From contig CAVQGY010000002.1 of the NCBI GenBank assembly GCA_963712165.1, positions 134,611 to 198,610 of the forward strand: DNA of 64,000 bases, written 5' to 3'. The notes under the pieces were generated by a model, which saw nothing but the letters and a program-made list of their open reading frames with translations, was not told where the DNA came from and did no database searches. This DNA is from an uncultured Chloroflexia bacterium (GTDB lineage: Bacteria > Chloroflexota > Anaerolineae > Anaerolineales > UBA11858). Positions 9,015 to 17,167 of this stretch are shown in pieces. Within the stretch, counting starts at the first letter, position 1. Each line of letters starts with the position of its first letter. A program made the translations under genes and the position numbers.

Positions 9015-10259
9015 TTACCCTATCTTGTAATGCTCCGCGAACGCTACCAGGGCTTCCTGGAACAGGCTGATCGGAGGCCGGACCAGTCCAGCACCTACCT
9101 GGCCAATGCCAGCTTCCTTGTGGGCGATCCCGGTATTGATCCGCGGGGTGATATTCTTTTCAACAATCTTGCGAAGATCCATCCCGGTAGGCGTACCCCT
9201 GAAGTCTAGGGGTGGGATAGTGAAATATTTATGCTCCGCGAAGGTGATCTCATACATTTCCAGAGTGGTATTGATAGCATCCTTGGGTGTTCCGCTGACA
9301 AAGTTAACGATTGCCGGCGCACTGGCCATGGCAAAACCACCTATGCCAGCTGATTCTGTGATGGTGCTGTCCCCAATATCCCCACTGGAGTCCTCTTCCG
9401 TATAACCCGGGAAATAAAGTCCCTTCGGAGTCGGTACCGGGGCGGTGAACCAGCGCTCTCCCAAACCGCTGATCCGGATCCCAAAATCCGTGCCATTACG
9501 GGCCATAACACTGACGATCGTGCTGCCCTCGATTCCGTGAGCGACATCGGACATGGCTTTGCAGGCAGCCATGACAGGATTGAGCACACTCAGCGCGTTT
9601 TCTCCCAGGAATGCCAGGACTTTTGAAGCCGCCTTGTTATCTTTAGCAACCGCGGTGATCAGGGGGGCCAGCTTGGCGGTGAACAGGATCGAGCCGGCTT
9701 TATTGCGGTTGTGGCCTTCATCGCCCATGTGCAGCGATTCCGCCAGCAGGGCCCGGATATCGATGCCCTCGCTGGACTCGATCGCATCCTTCAGCAAAGG
9801 AGCCATGACATCTTCCATCCAGCGCAGCTTGGCAATCACTTCTTCTGAATAGGCGCCATAGCGCAGCACCTTGCCGTAGCCTTCATTAAGGTTGGAATAG
9901 GTCTTATTTCCATGAGTTTTATTTTCCAGGATGTAGACCGACATCGATGGGCTGGTCAAACCTGCCATCGGCCCTACAGCCTGGTGGTGGTGGCAAGGCT
10001 CTAATTCAATCTCGCCGGACTCGACCAGTTTTTGGGCCTCTTTCATATCCTTGGCTTTGCCCTCGAAGATCAACGCTCCGGTGATTGCTCCCCGCATCGG
10101 GCCTGAAGCGCGGTCCCAACTAATGGGAGGTCCTGCATGCAGCAGTAGGTTGTCCCGCATTCCCGGGATAACATCGATGGCTTTGCCCATTCCAACCCAG
10201 ACGGGACGGGCCTCCATCATTCGTTCAACTGCTTCCTGATTGGCTTTTTCTATATCCAT
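9015..10259 (-). CDS. DUF1116 protein, YlbE/AllG homologue
   Basis: 414 aa. LLHAGPP...PCHHHQAVGPMAG...NLNEGYGKVLRYGAY...GIRISGLGERWFTAP...INTGIAHKEAGIGQVGAG closely tracks the E. coli YlbE pattern as I recall it. Confidence 0.85.
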   Translation of the reverse strand: MDIEKANQEAVERMMEARPVWVGMGKAIDVIPGMRDNLLLHAGPPISWDRASGPMRGAITGALIFEGKAKDMKEAQKLVESGEIELEPCHHHQAVGPMAGLTSPSMSVYILENKTHGNKTYSNLNEGYGKVLRYGAYSEEVIAKLRWMEDVMAPLLKDAIESSEGIDIRALLAESLHMGDEGHNRNKAGSILFTAKLAPLITAVAKDNKAASKVLAFLGENALSVLNPVMAACKAMSDVAHGIEGSTIVSVMARNGTDFGIRISGLGERWFTAPVPTPKGLYFPGYTEEDSSGDIGDSTITESAGIGGFAMASAPAIVNFVSGTPKDAINTTLEMYEITFAEHKYFTIPPLDFRGTPTGMDLRKIVEKNITPRINTGIAHKEAGIGQVGAGLVRPPISLFQEALVAFAEHYKIG

Positions 10260-10297
10260 TCCCAGCTCCTTTTCAACCAGACTAAGGCATTAAACTA

Positions 10298-11191
10298 TCA
10301 AGAATCCTTTTTTGTATATCGTTTACCCGGCTCGAACTTGGAGCGGGCTTCTTTCAGAATTTCCTCATAGAGGGCCAGGTTGCGGTCCTCGAGGTGATCG
10401 AACGGCTGAGGGCTCTTGCTGCCCCAGGTGATGTAGCGCAGGGGATCCGGATCCAATTTAGCGGCAATGATCTCCTCTGTACCCCGGGCCTGGGCCAGCC
10501 GCCAGGCAATCGGGTTAACGATCATGCTGTGTCCGAAATAATAATTGCCACCTGCATCCGGTCCAACCATATTCGTGCTGACCATATAGACATGGTTATC
10601 ATATGCCCGGGCGCAGTTTGTGATATACCAGATATCAAAGGACCGCAGCAATGCTGAGGGCCGGACAATCACTTCGGCTCCCTTTACAGCTAAGAGGCGC
10701 GACAGTTCCGGAAAATCCCCATCATAACAAATGATCATACCGATCATGCCCAATTCGGTTTCATAGACCTCGGCGCTGGTTCCAACTTCAGTCCAGCCCC
10801 CGAATTCCTTCCTCTCTCCCGGAAAGGGATGGGTCTTATCATAGATGCCGATGATCTGGCCATCAGGACCGATCAGAATCGACGCGTTCAGGATCCGTCC
10901 TTTTTCCCCAGCCCTGCGGTATGTTGGCCAGACCACATGAACACCCAGTTTCTGAGCCCTTTCCTGGATGGTTTCGGTCAAACTACCCGGAACCTCATCT
11001 ACCAGTTCCCATAAAGCATCAGCTGAGAGCCCAGTATCAAATCCGGTAGTCACCGTTTCAGGGAAGACCACCAGATCAGCCTGGTAATCTTCAACTGCTT
11101 TATCCAGCCATTTGACGCATTTGGCAATATTTTCCTGGGGTTTATTGGGAGTTATTGCGATCTGGACACAGGCGGCTGTAAATTCTTTCAT
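10298..11191 (-). CDS. Carbon-nitrogen hydrolase (nitrilase superfamily; amidase or N-carbamoyl hydrolase type)
   Basis: 297 aa with Glu in VVFPETV and the catalytic Cys context GMIICYDGDFPE. Confidence 0.85.
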   Translation of the reverse strand: MKEFTAACVQIAITPNKPQENIAKCVKWLDKAVEDYQADLVVFPETVTTGFDTGLSADALWELVDEVPGSLTETIQERAQKLGVHVVWPTYRRAGEKGRILNASILIGPDGQIIGIYDKTHPFPGERKEFGGWTEVGTSAEVYETELGMIGMIICYDGDFPELSRLLAVKGAEVIVRPSALLRSFDIWYITNCARAYDNHVYMVSTNMVGPDAGGNYYFGHSMIVNPIAWRLAQARGTEEIIAAKLDPDPLRYITWGSKSPQPFDHLEDRNLALYEEILKEARSKFEPGKRYTKKDS

Positions 11192-11207
11192 CAGGAAGTA
11201 TCTCCTT

Positions 11208-12941
11208 TTATCCTTTCATCTTTTCAAGCAGGGCAGCCAAATCAGTATTCCCGCCGGCTGCTGGTTTCCAATCAACCTGGATCACATCCCTTTCCTGGTC
11301 CTTCAGGGACTCGGTAAAGGATTCCAAACCAACGTTAATGGCTGCAAAGGGGCCGTTCACAGTCTCCAGGTCGATCCCGCTGAAATCCTTCTCGTCCTTG
11401 ACCAGATCCACTCCCTCAAGCCCACCCACCAGCTTTCCCGCATATCTAACCGCCTGGTCGCTGCTCAGGTAAACCTTTCCGCCAGCCTTTTCCAGAACTT
11501 CCCGTTGGGCAGCCATATCCTGGGGATCGAGGTCAGTCCCGGAGAGGGTGATCACCACATCCAGGCGCCGATTATTTTTACTCGCGCTCTTGATCGCAGA
11601 TTCGATCGCCGGCGCCAGCTCGCTGGCTGGATCGGGGTGAGAGCCATAACCCAGCACGACATCCAGCAGGATCAGGGCCACTTCGGGGTCAGCGGCTTCT
11701 GTTTCCAGACGCTGGATGCGGAGTTCGTTATCCATCATCGGATGCAAGCGTCCTACAGTGAATTCATCTTCCCCAAGGTCGACGATCGTATGCTCCTGAC
11801 TGATCAGTGAGTTCTCCAGCTTCTTTTCTTTGTTAATTGGCACATTGGAATAAAGATTGGGCAGCGTCTTATCAAGAATCAGCAGGGCTTCATAAGCCAG
11901 GGTGCCGCCAGAATACAACCCGCGCAAGTAACGCTGGCTGGGGTTGAATCCACCCAGATCCATCTCACCCTCCGCCAGCGGTGTTTCCGAATCGCTTTCG
12001 AGGGCCACCGCGGCCGCCGCAGTATCGTCAAAGGTGGAGGCGAAATAGAGATTATCGATCTCTTTTAAATTAGTCTGATAACCGATAAAATTCACCACGA
12101 CCGGTTTGGACAGCTCCCTGGCATAGGACAGGATACGGTCAGCAGTTACAGTATCGGGCGGCTTGGAGATCAGGACGATCACCTTCGTATCCGGGTCACG
12201 GTCCAGTAAATCCAGGGCCATGCGGGTGGTGATGCCGCCTACTTTGGAGGACAGATCCCGGCCGCCTGTCCCAATGGCATGGGTCAGTCCCCCGCCGTAG
12301 TGGTGGATGCGGATCGAGACCTGCTGCAATCCGGTTCCGGAAGCGGCCACCAGACCGATCGCTCCTGCCCGGGTTCGGTTGGCGAAGCCCAATCCTGTAC
12401 TCTTGACGATGGCTGTGCCGCAGTCCGGTCCCATTACAAGCAGGCCTTTACTCGCGCCCAGTTCTTTCAATTCGATCTCTTCCTCCACAGTGACGTTGTC
12501 ACTGTAAAGGAAAACGTGTTTTCCCAAACGCAAAGCCTCGCGAGAAACCCCGGCGGCATAACGTCCTGGGACAGAGATCAAGACCCAGTTTGCACCGGGC
12601 AGGGATTTGTCAGCTGACTCAAGGCTTTTGGGCAGGAAATCCTCCCCGGCACCTTCCCTGCTGCGCCGGGCAGTCACCAGTTCATCGACTTTGGAGATTG
12701 CATTTCGCGCTATTTTTTCGTCCTTGGCTTTGACCACGATCACCAGATCGTCGGCTTTGGCGACTTTGATCTCATCCACCAGGAGGCCGGTTTGGCCTAA
12801 TAGTTCTAGGTTGGCCTCCGTGCCCATCACTACCCCGGCGTCTTCTACGCCAGGAAGCTCAGCCAGGGAACGCTGAAGCTGCATCAGGACTACAGAATCA
12901 AAATATGCACCAGTGCGGATCTCAGTTTGAATAAATACCAT
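11208..12941 (-). CDS. FdrA/AllF-like protein (succinyl-CoA-synthetase-alpha fold)
   Basis: 577 aa. The N-terminus MVFIQTEIRTGAYFDSVVLMQLQRSL is characteristic of FdrA, and CoA-ligase-like GPDCGT and GTGLQQ segments are present. Confidence 0.85.
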   Translation of the reverse strand: MVFIQTEIRTGAYFDSVVLMQLQRSLAELPGVEDAGVVMGTEANLELLGQTGLLVDEIKVAKADDLVIVVKAKDEKIARNAISKVDELVTARRSREGAGEDFLPKSLESADKSLPGANWVLISVPGRYAAGVSREALRLGKHVFLYSDNVTVEEEIELKELGASKGLLVMGPDCGTAIVKSTGLGFANRTRAGAIGLVAASGTGLQQVSIRIHHYGGGLTHAIGTGGRDLSSKVGGITTRMALDLLDRDPDTKVIVLISKPPDTVTADRILSYARELSKPVVVNFIGYQTNLKEIDNLYFASTFDDTAAAAVALESDSETPLAEGEMDLGGFNPSQRYLRGLYSGGTLAYEALLILDKTLPNLYSNVPINKEKKLENSLISQEHTIVDLGEDEFTVGRLHPMMDNELRIQRLETEAADPEVALILLDVVLGYGSHPDPASELAPAIESAIKSASKNNRRLDVVITLSGTDLDPQDMAAQREVLEKAGGKVYLSSDQAVRYAGKLVGGLEGVDLVKDEKDFSGIDLETVNGPFAAINVGLESFTESLKDQERDVIQVDWKPAAGGNTDLAALLEKMKG

Positions 12942-12959
12942 AAATGATCTCTCAAGTCT

Positions 12960-14168
12960 TTAGATTATTTTTTTCGCCTCAAAATCGGCGACCTGCTCTG
13001 GGGAGTAGCCCAGCAGGTCGATCAAGATTTGATGGTTATGTTCTCCCAGGACTGGAGGTGGATGATGCACCTCAGCTGGCGTTCGGGAGAGTTTATATGG
13101 GAAGCCGGTCAGGGGGATCAGGCCGGCAGTGTTATGTTCCACTCTCTGTATAAATCCTCTATCCTCGCTCTGGGGGTGTTCAAAAACCTCTGGCAGGGAG
13201 TTGATCGGGCCGCAGGGCAGGCCAGCCTCCCGGATCAGAGCTAGCCAGTCCTCGGCATCCTTCTCCTTGAAAATCCCATTCAGAGTCGCAATTAGATCTG
13301 ATCGGTTCTTGACTCGTTCCTGGTTGGTCAGGAAGCGGGGATCTTCTTTTAATTGGGGATGGCTGATCGCATCACAAAGCTTTTCCCACTGGCGCTGGTT
13401 GGCTGCGCCCAGCACAAACCCTTTATCACGAGCCTGGAAGGGCTCATAGGGAGCGATATTGGGATGAGCATTGCCAACTCTCTCTGGCGCCTGGCCGCTG
13501 ACCAGATAATTCGAGGCAACATTGGCAAGCAGGGCTGCCTGGGTATCCAAAAGGGAGATATCGATCTGCTGCCCTTCCCCGGATTCCATCCGTTCATAGA
13601 TGGCAGCCAGAATGGCAGATGCGGCGAACATGCCGGAGGTGATATCGATGATCGGGATTCCCACCCGGGAGGGCGGTCCCTCTTTGGGTCCGGTGATGCT
13701 CATCATTCCCCCTTCCGCCTGGACAATGGCATCGTAACCCGGACGATCTTTATCAGGACCAGTGCGGCCGTAACCGCTGATCGAGCAGTAGATCAAACCC
13801 GGGTTGCCCTCTTTCAGGGCTTCATATCCCAGACCCATCTCATCCAAAACGCCGGTGCGGAAATTTTCGATAAAAATATCAGAAACCCGGACCAGTTTAC
13901 GGATGATCTCCAGTCCAGCAGGGTCCTTCAGATTGACTGTCAGGCTTCTTTTATTGCGATTTGCAGAGAGGAAATAGGCTGATTCACCGGGATAGGGCCC
14001 ATAGGGGTCACCTACAAAGGGAGGTCCCCAGCCGCGGCTTTCATCCCCCGCGCCAGGGAGCTCGATCTTGATCACATCCGCGCCAAAATCCCCCAGCATC
14101 ATGGTGCAGTAGGGACCAGCCATGGCCCGGGTAATGTCTACGATCCGGATATTTTTGAGGGCAGCCAC
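12960..14168 (-). CDS. Family III CoA-transferase (CaiB/BaiF type)
   Basis: 402 aa with RIVDITRAMAGPYCTMMLGDFGADVIKIE. It has a GTG start preceded by AAGGAG. Confidence 0.9.
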   Translation of the reverse strand: MAALKNIRIVDITRAMAGPYCTMMLGDFGADVIKIELPGAGDESRGWGPPFVGDPYGPYPGESAYFLSANRNKRSLTVNLKDPAGLEIIRKLVRVSDIFIENFRTGVLDEMGLGYEALKEGNPGLIYCSISGYGRTGPDKDRPGYDAIVQAEGGMMSITGPKEGPPSRVGIPIIDITSGMFAASAILAAIYERMESGEGQQIDISLLDTQAALLANVASNYLVSGQAPERVGNAHPNIAPYEPFQARDKGFVLGAANQRQWEKLCDAISHPQLKEDPRFLTNQERVKNRSDLIATLNGIFKEKDAEDWLALIREAGLPCGPINSLPEVFEHPQSEDRGFIQRVEHNTAGLIPLTGFPYKLSRTPAEVHHPPPVLGEHNHQILIDLLGYSPEQVADFEAKKII

Positions 14169-14293
14169 GGATCTCTCCTTGTAATAGCGGTGATGGATGT
14201 ATCTCCCCGCTCTGGGAAGTAAATTTAGTATACCTTAATTGGCCTTTATCAATGAGGTTATCCACGGTTTTTATTAAGGGCAGTAATCAATTA

Positions 14294-14302
14294 TGCTATA
14301 CT
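14294..14302 (+). promoter_or_regulatory. Candidate extended -10 element (TGCTATACT)
   Basis: A TGnTATACT match lies about 120 nt upstream of the acetyltransferase ATG. No convincing -35 box was seen. Confidence 0.3.
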
Positions 14303-14424
14303 GCGATTAAAGTCCTGAAAACCGGGCCGGAAATCCGAACTTGTCCCCCCTTTTTCAGGTTTTTTTCCTACTCAAAGCCTAATCATCAGGACCAAATTTG
14401 TATTTGAGAAAATGAGGAGTTTCT

Positions 14425-14985
14425 ATGTCCGCCCGAACAGAAAAAGAGAAAATGCTGGCAAGCGAGGTTTATAACTGCCTTGATCCAGATCTGAAGCGGT
14501 TCCGCCAGGTAGTGAAAACAAAACTCAGAGTATATAATGAGTCGGATGAGGAAGATGACCGGCGTTCTCTGCTGGAGGATCTACTGGGGAATATTGGTGA
14601 AAACCTCATCATCTGGCCCCCATTCAACTGCATATACGGCGAAAATATCTACATCGGGAACAATGTTTTCCTCAATTTGAACTGCATGATCATTGATAAT
14701 AACCGGGTTGAGATCGGGGATCATGCCATGGTTGGGCCCGGGGTCCAGATCTACACTGCTGCCCATCCGCTGGATGCAGAGTCGCGCAAGCTGGGCTGGG
14801 AGGTGGCCAAACCGGTCACGATCGGGAACAGCGTCTGGATCGGGGGCAGCGCCATCCTCCTTCCCGGGGTGAAGATCGGAGAGCGATCGGTTGTGGGTGC
14901 TGGCGCGGTGGTGACCAAGGATGTACTGCCAGGGGTCGTCGTTGCCGGAAATCCAGCCCGGATCATTCGTGAGATTGAAGGATAA
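14425..14985 (+). CDS. Maltose/galactoside O-acetyltransferase-type hexapeptide-repeat acyltransferase
   Basis: 186 aa. It has the Mac-type N-terminus (MLASEVYNCLDPDL) and left-handed beta-helix repeats ending GNPARIIREI. Confidence 0.85.
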   Translation: MSARTEKEKMLASEVYNCLDPDLKRFRQVVKTKLRVYNESDEEDDRRSLLEDLLGNIGENLIIWPPFNCIYGENIYIGNNVFLNLNCMIIDNNRVEIGDHAMVGPGVQIYTAAHPLDAESRKLGWEVAKPVTIGNSVWIGGSAILLPGVKIGERSVVGAGAVVTKDVLPGVVVAGNPARIIREIEG

Positions 14986-15076
14986 CCTGGAGCAAAGCTT
15001 GAAACAATGGAAATTTTGATCTGGATGAATATGACATAAACGTCCCCCCGGATAGGGATCAATTCTAGCGAGAGGC

Positions 15077-15105
15077 TTGACAAAAACCCACCACCCATAT
15101 AGACT
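15077..15105 (+). promoter_or_regulatory. Candidate sigma-70 promoter of the metG leader
   Basis: TTGACA (15077-15082), a 17-nt spacer, then TAGACT (15100-15105). Confidence 0.45.
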
Positions 15106-15132
15106 TAGGGAAAGTTTTAGAAAGGAAAAAAT

Positions 15133-15153
15133 ATGTACCTGATCAGTGTGTGA
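15133..15153 (+). CDS. Mini-ORF MYLISV, possible entry ORF for the leader peptide
   Basis: AAAGGA lies 6 nt upstream of the ATG. Its TGA stop overlaps the leader ATG (gtgTGATGatg). Confidence 0.25.
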   Translation: MYLISV

Positions 15154-15242
15154 TGATGGCTGTGATGATGATGGTCATGCGGATGGGCCGCAAGAGCCCA
15201 CCCCCTCGCCTGGCAGCCGTGCGTGTTAAAAAAGATCACTGA
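15153..15242 (+). CDS. Met-rich leader peptide MMAVMMMVMRMGRKSPPPRLAAVRVKKDH
   Basis: This 29-codon ORF has 7 ATG codons in its first 11. It lies between the candidate promoter and the terminator that precedes metG. Confidence 0.5.
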   Translation: MMAVMMMVMRMGRKSPPPRLAAVRVKKDH

Positions 15243-15263
15243 AACACGAACTTCGAACTATCC

Positions 15264-15290
15264 GAGCTGTCCAGATGGACAGCTCTTTTT
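15264..15290 (+). terminator. Intrinsic terminator (candidate attenuator) immediately upstream of metG
   Basis: A 9-bp stem, GAGCTGTCC/GGACAGCTC, with a 4-nt loop is followed by TTTTTATTT. It lies 27 nt before the metG ATG. Confidence 0.75.
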
Positions 15291-15316
15291 ATTTACTATT
15301 CAAATTGGAGCGAATC

Positions 15317-17098
15317 ATGAGCAAGAACATCCTCGTCGCCGTAGCCTGGCCTTACGCCTCAGCTGATATCCATGTGGGCAATATGACCGGATCTTATTTG
15401 CCGGCTGATATCTATGCCCGCTTCCACCGCTTACAAGGGAATAAGGTATTAATGGTATCTGGATCGGATTCCCACGGCACGCCGATCACTGTCCGGGCTG
15501 ATCAGGAAAATAAATCGCCGGAAGAAGTCTATCAGGAGTACCATACCAGGTTCCTGGGTCTATTTCAAAAATCAGGGTTAAGCTATGACCTGTACACCAG
15601 CACTCACACACAGAATCATTTTAAGGTTGCCCAGACCATGTTCAGCGCGCTTAAAGAAAAGGGCTACCTTTATGCGGAAACCCAGAAACAGTGGTATTCA
15701 ACTACTCAGGAACGGTTCCTGCCCGACCGCTACGTGGAAGGCACCTGTTATATCTGCGGTTATGAAAACGCCCGGGGGGACCAGTGCGACCAATGCGGTA
15801 ATCTTTTAGAAGCTAATGGCTTGATCAATCCCCGCTCCAAGATGGATGGTTCAACCCCGGAGCTGCGGGAGACAGAGCACTTTTACCTCGATCTGAGTGC
15901 CCTTCAATCTCAGATAGTTGAGTTCCTTAAAGACCGGGAGGATTACTGGCGGCCCAATGTGCTGCGTCAATCCCTGGGTCAGATCCTGGCTCAAGACCTG
16001 CACGGCCGGGCTATCACCCGGGACCTTCAGTGGGGCATTCCTGTACCCGTTCCCGGGTGGGAGGAAAAACGCCTCTACGTCTGGTTCGAGGCCGTTATCG
16101 GTTATCTTTCGGCCGCGATTGAATGGGCTGCCCTGACCGGAGAGGAAGAAAGCTGGAAAGATTGGTGGTACAACCCGGAAGCCCGGGCCTATTACTTCAT
16201 CGGCAAGGATAATATCCCATTCCACGCTGTGATCTGGCCGGCTGAACTGGCCGGTGTGGGCAGCACTTTCGGCGCCTTTTTCGACGAGGATGACTCACGC
16301 GAACTGGTTCTGCCTTATGACGTACCCGCTAATGAGTTCCTCAATATGGAGGGCCAAAAGATTTCCGGCAGCCGTAATTGGGTGGTGGATGCCCTTGATT
16401 TCCTATCCCGCTACGATCCAGATCCCCTGCGCTACTATCTGACCGCCAACATGCCTGAGACCCGTGATACAGATTGGGAGTGGAGTGAATTTGTCACCCG
16501 GAATAACAACGAACTGGTCGCAACCTGGGGCAATCTAGTAAATCGAGTGCTTTCATTCGCGCATAGGACTTGGGACGGGAAAATACCTGATCCCGGGGAT
16601 CTGAGGCCGGAAGACGAAGAGATCATCAAGGTAGTCGAAACTGGATTTGAGACGGTCGCTGATCTCTATGACAGGGTAAAATTGCGGGCAGCCCTGACCG
16701 AGACCATGCGCCTGGCCAGTGAGGTCAATAAATACCTCGATGGAAAAGCTCCCTGGTTTGAGATCAAGGAAGATCAGGACAGCGCCGCAAAATCCGTTTA
16801 CACCGCCATTCGGGCCATCGATTCACTTAAGATCCTCTTTTCTCCCGTTCTGCCATTCACCTGCGAGCAGCTTCACCAAATCTTGGGCTACGACAAGCCT
16901 CTCTTTGGAGAACAATATACCGAAGAGATTGAGGATAACTTGGGGACACATACCGTGCTGCGCTACCGCGCTGGGGAGGTCTGCTGCGATTGGCGCCCGA
17001 GCGAGATCAAAGCTGGACAAGAGTTCAATCAACCGACTCCGTTATTCAAGAAACTGGATCCGGAAGTTGCGGAACAGGAGCTGGAACGGATGGGTTAA
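15317..17098 (+). CDS. metG: Methionine--tRNA ligase
   Basis: HIGH-type motif ADIHVGN, zinc knuckles CYICGYENARGDQCDQCG and KMSKS-type KISGSRN are present. I place the start at 15317 (GGAG 7 nt upstream). The ORF-track ATG at 15275 lies inside the terminator hairpin. Confidence 0.95.
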   Translation: MSKNILVAVAWPYASADIHVGNMTGSYLPADIYARFHRLQGNKVLMVSGSDSHGTPITVRADQENKSPEEVYQEYHTRFLGLFQKSGLSYDLYTSTHTQNHFKVAQTMFSALKEKGYLYAETQKQWYSTTQERFLPDRYVEGTCYICGYENARGDQCDQCGNLLEANGLINPRSKMDGSTPELRETEHFYLDLSALQSQIVEFLKDREDYWRPNVLRQSLGQILAQDLHGRAITRDLQWGIPVPVPGWEEKRLYVWFEAVIGYLSAAIEWAALTGEEESWKDWWYNPEARAYYFIGKDNIPFHAVIWPAELAGVGSTFGAFFDEDDSRELVLPYDVPANEFLNMEGQKISGSRNWVVDALDFLSRYDPDPLRYYLTANMPETRDTDWEWSEFVTRNNNELVATWGNLVNRVLSFAHRTWDGKIPDPGDLRPEDEEIIKVVETGFETVADLYDRVKLRAALTETMRLASEVNKYLDGKAPWFEIKEDQDSAAKSVYTAIRAIDSLKILFSPVLPFTCEQLHQILGYDKPLFGEQYTEEIEDNLGTHTVLRYRAGEVCCDWRPSEIKAGQEFNQPTPLFKKLDPEVAEQELERMG

Positions 17099-17123
17099 AA
17101 CCAAAATCCCCACCCATTAACAA

Positions 17124-17165
17124 CCAAACTCCACATCTGTCATCCAAACTCCACAACTCTGTCAT
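17124..17165 (+). repeat. Tandem direct repeat CCAAACTCCACA(T/ACT)CTGTCAT x2
   Basis: A 20-nt copy and a 22-nt copy are followed by a partial third copy (CCAAAC) that runs into the IS-end hairpin. Confidence 0.7.
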
Positions 17166-17167
17166 CC

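Noticed and set aside
9015-12941. Complete E. coli-type FdrA/YlbE/YlbF (oxamate carbamoyltransferase) plus carbamate kinase module
   Set aside because: Only the FdrA-like and DUF1116-like genes are present. No DUF2877-like or carbamate-kinase-like ORF is seen in the window.
14291-14303. 13-nt identity TTATGCTATACTG shared with 51291-51303, considered as a dispersed repeat
   Set aside because: A single 13-mer coincidence is within chance expectation for 64 kb. Both copies are better explained as similar extended -10 promoter elements.
14986-15316. T-box riboswitch upstream of metG
   Set aside because: I could not find the conserved T-box sequence (AANNNGGGTGGTACCGCG-like) or a specifier-loop architecture. 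The leader is short and instead contains a translatable Met-rich ORF.
15275-15316. ORF-track start of metG at 15275 (MDSSFYLLFKLERI...)
   Set aside because: This ATG lies inside the terminator hairpin and has no Shine-Dalgarno. MSKNILVAVAWPY at 15317 matches MetRS N-termini and has GGAG 7 nt upstream.
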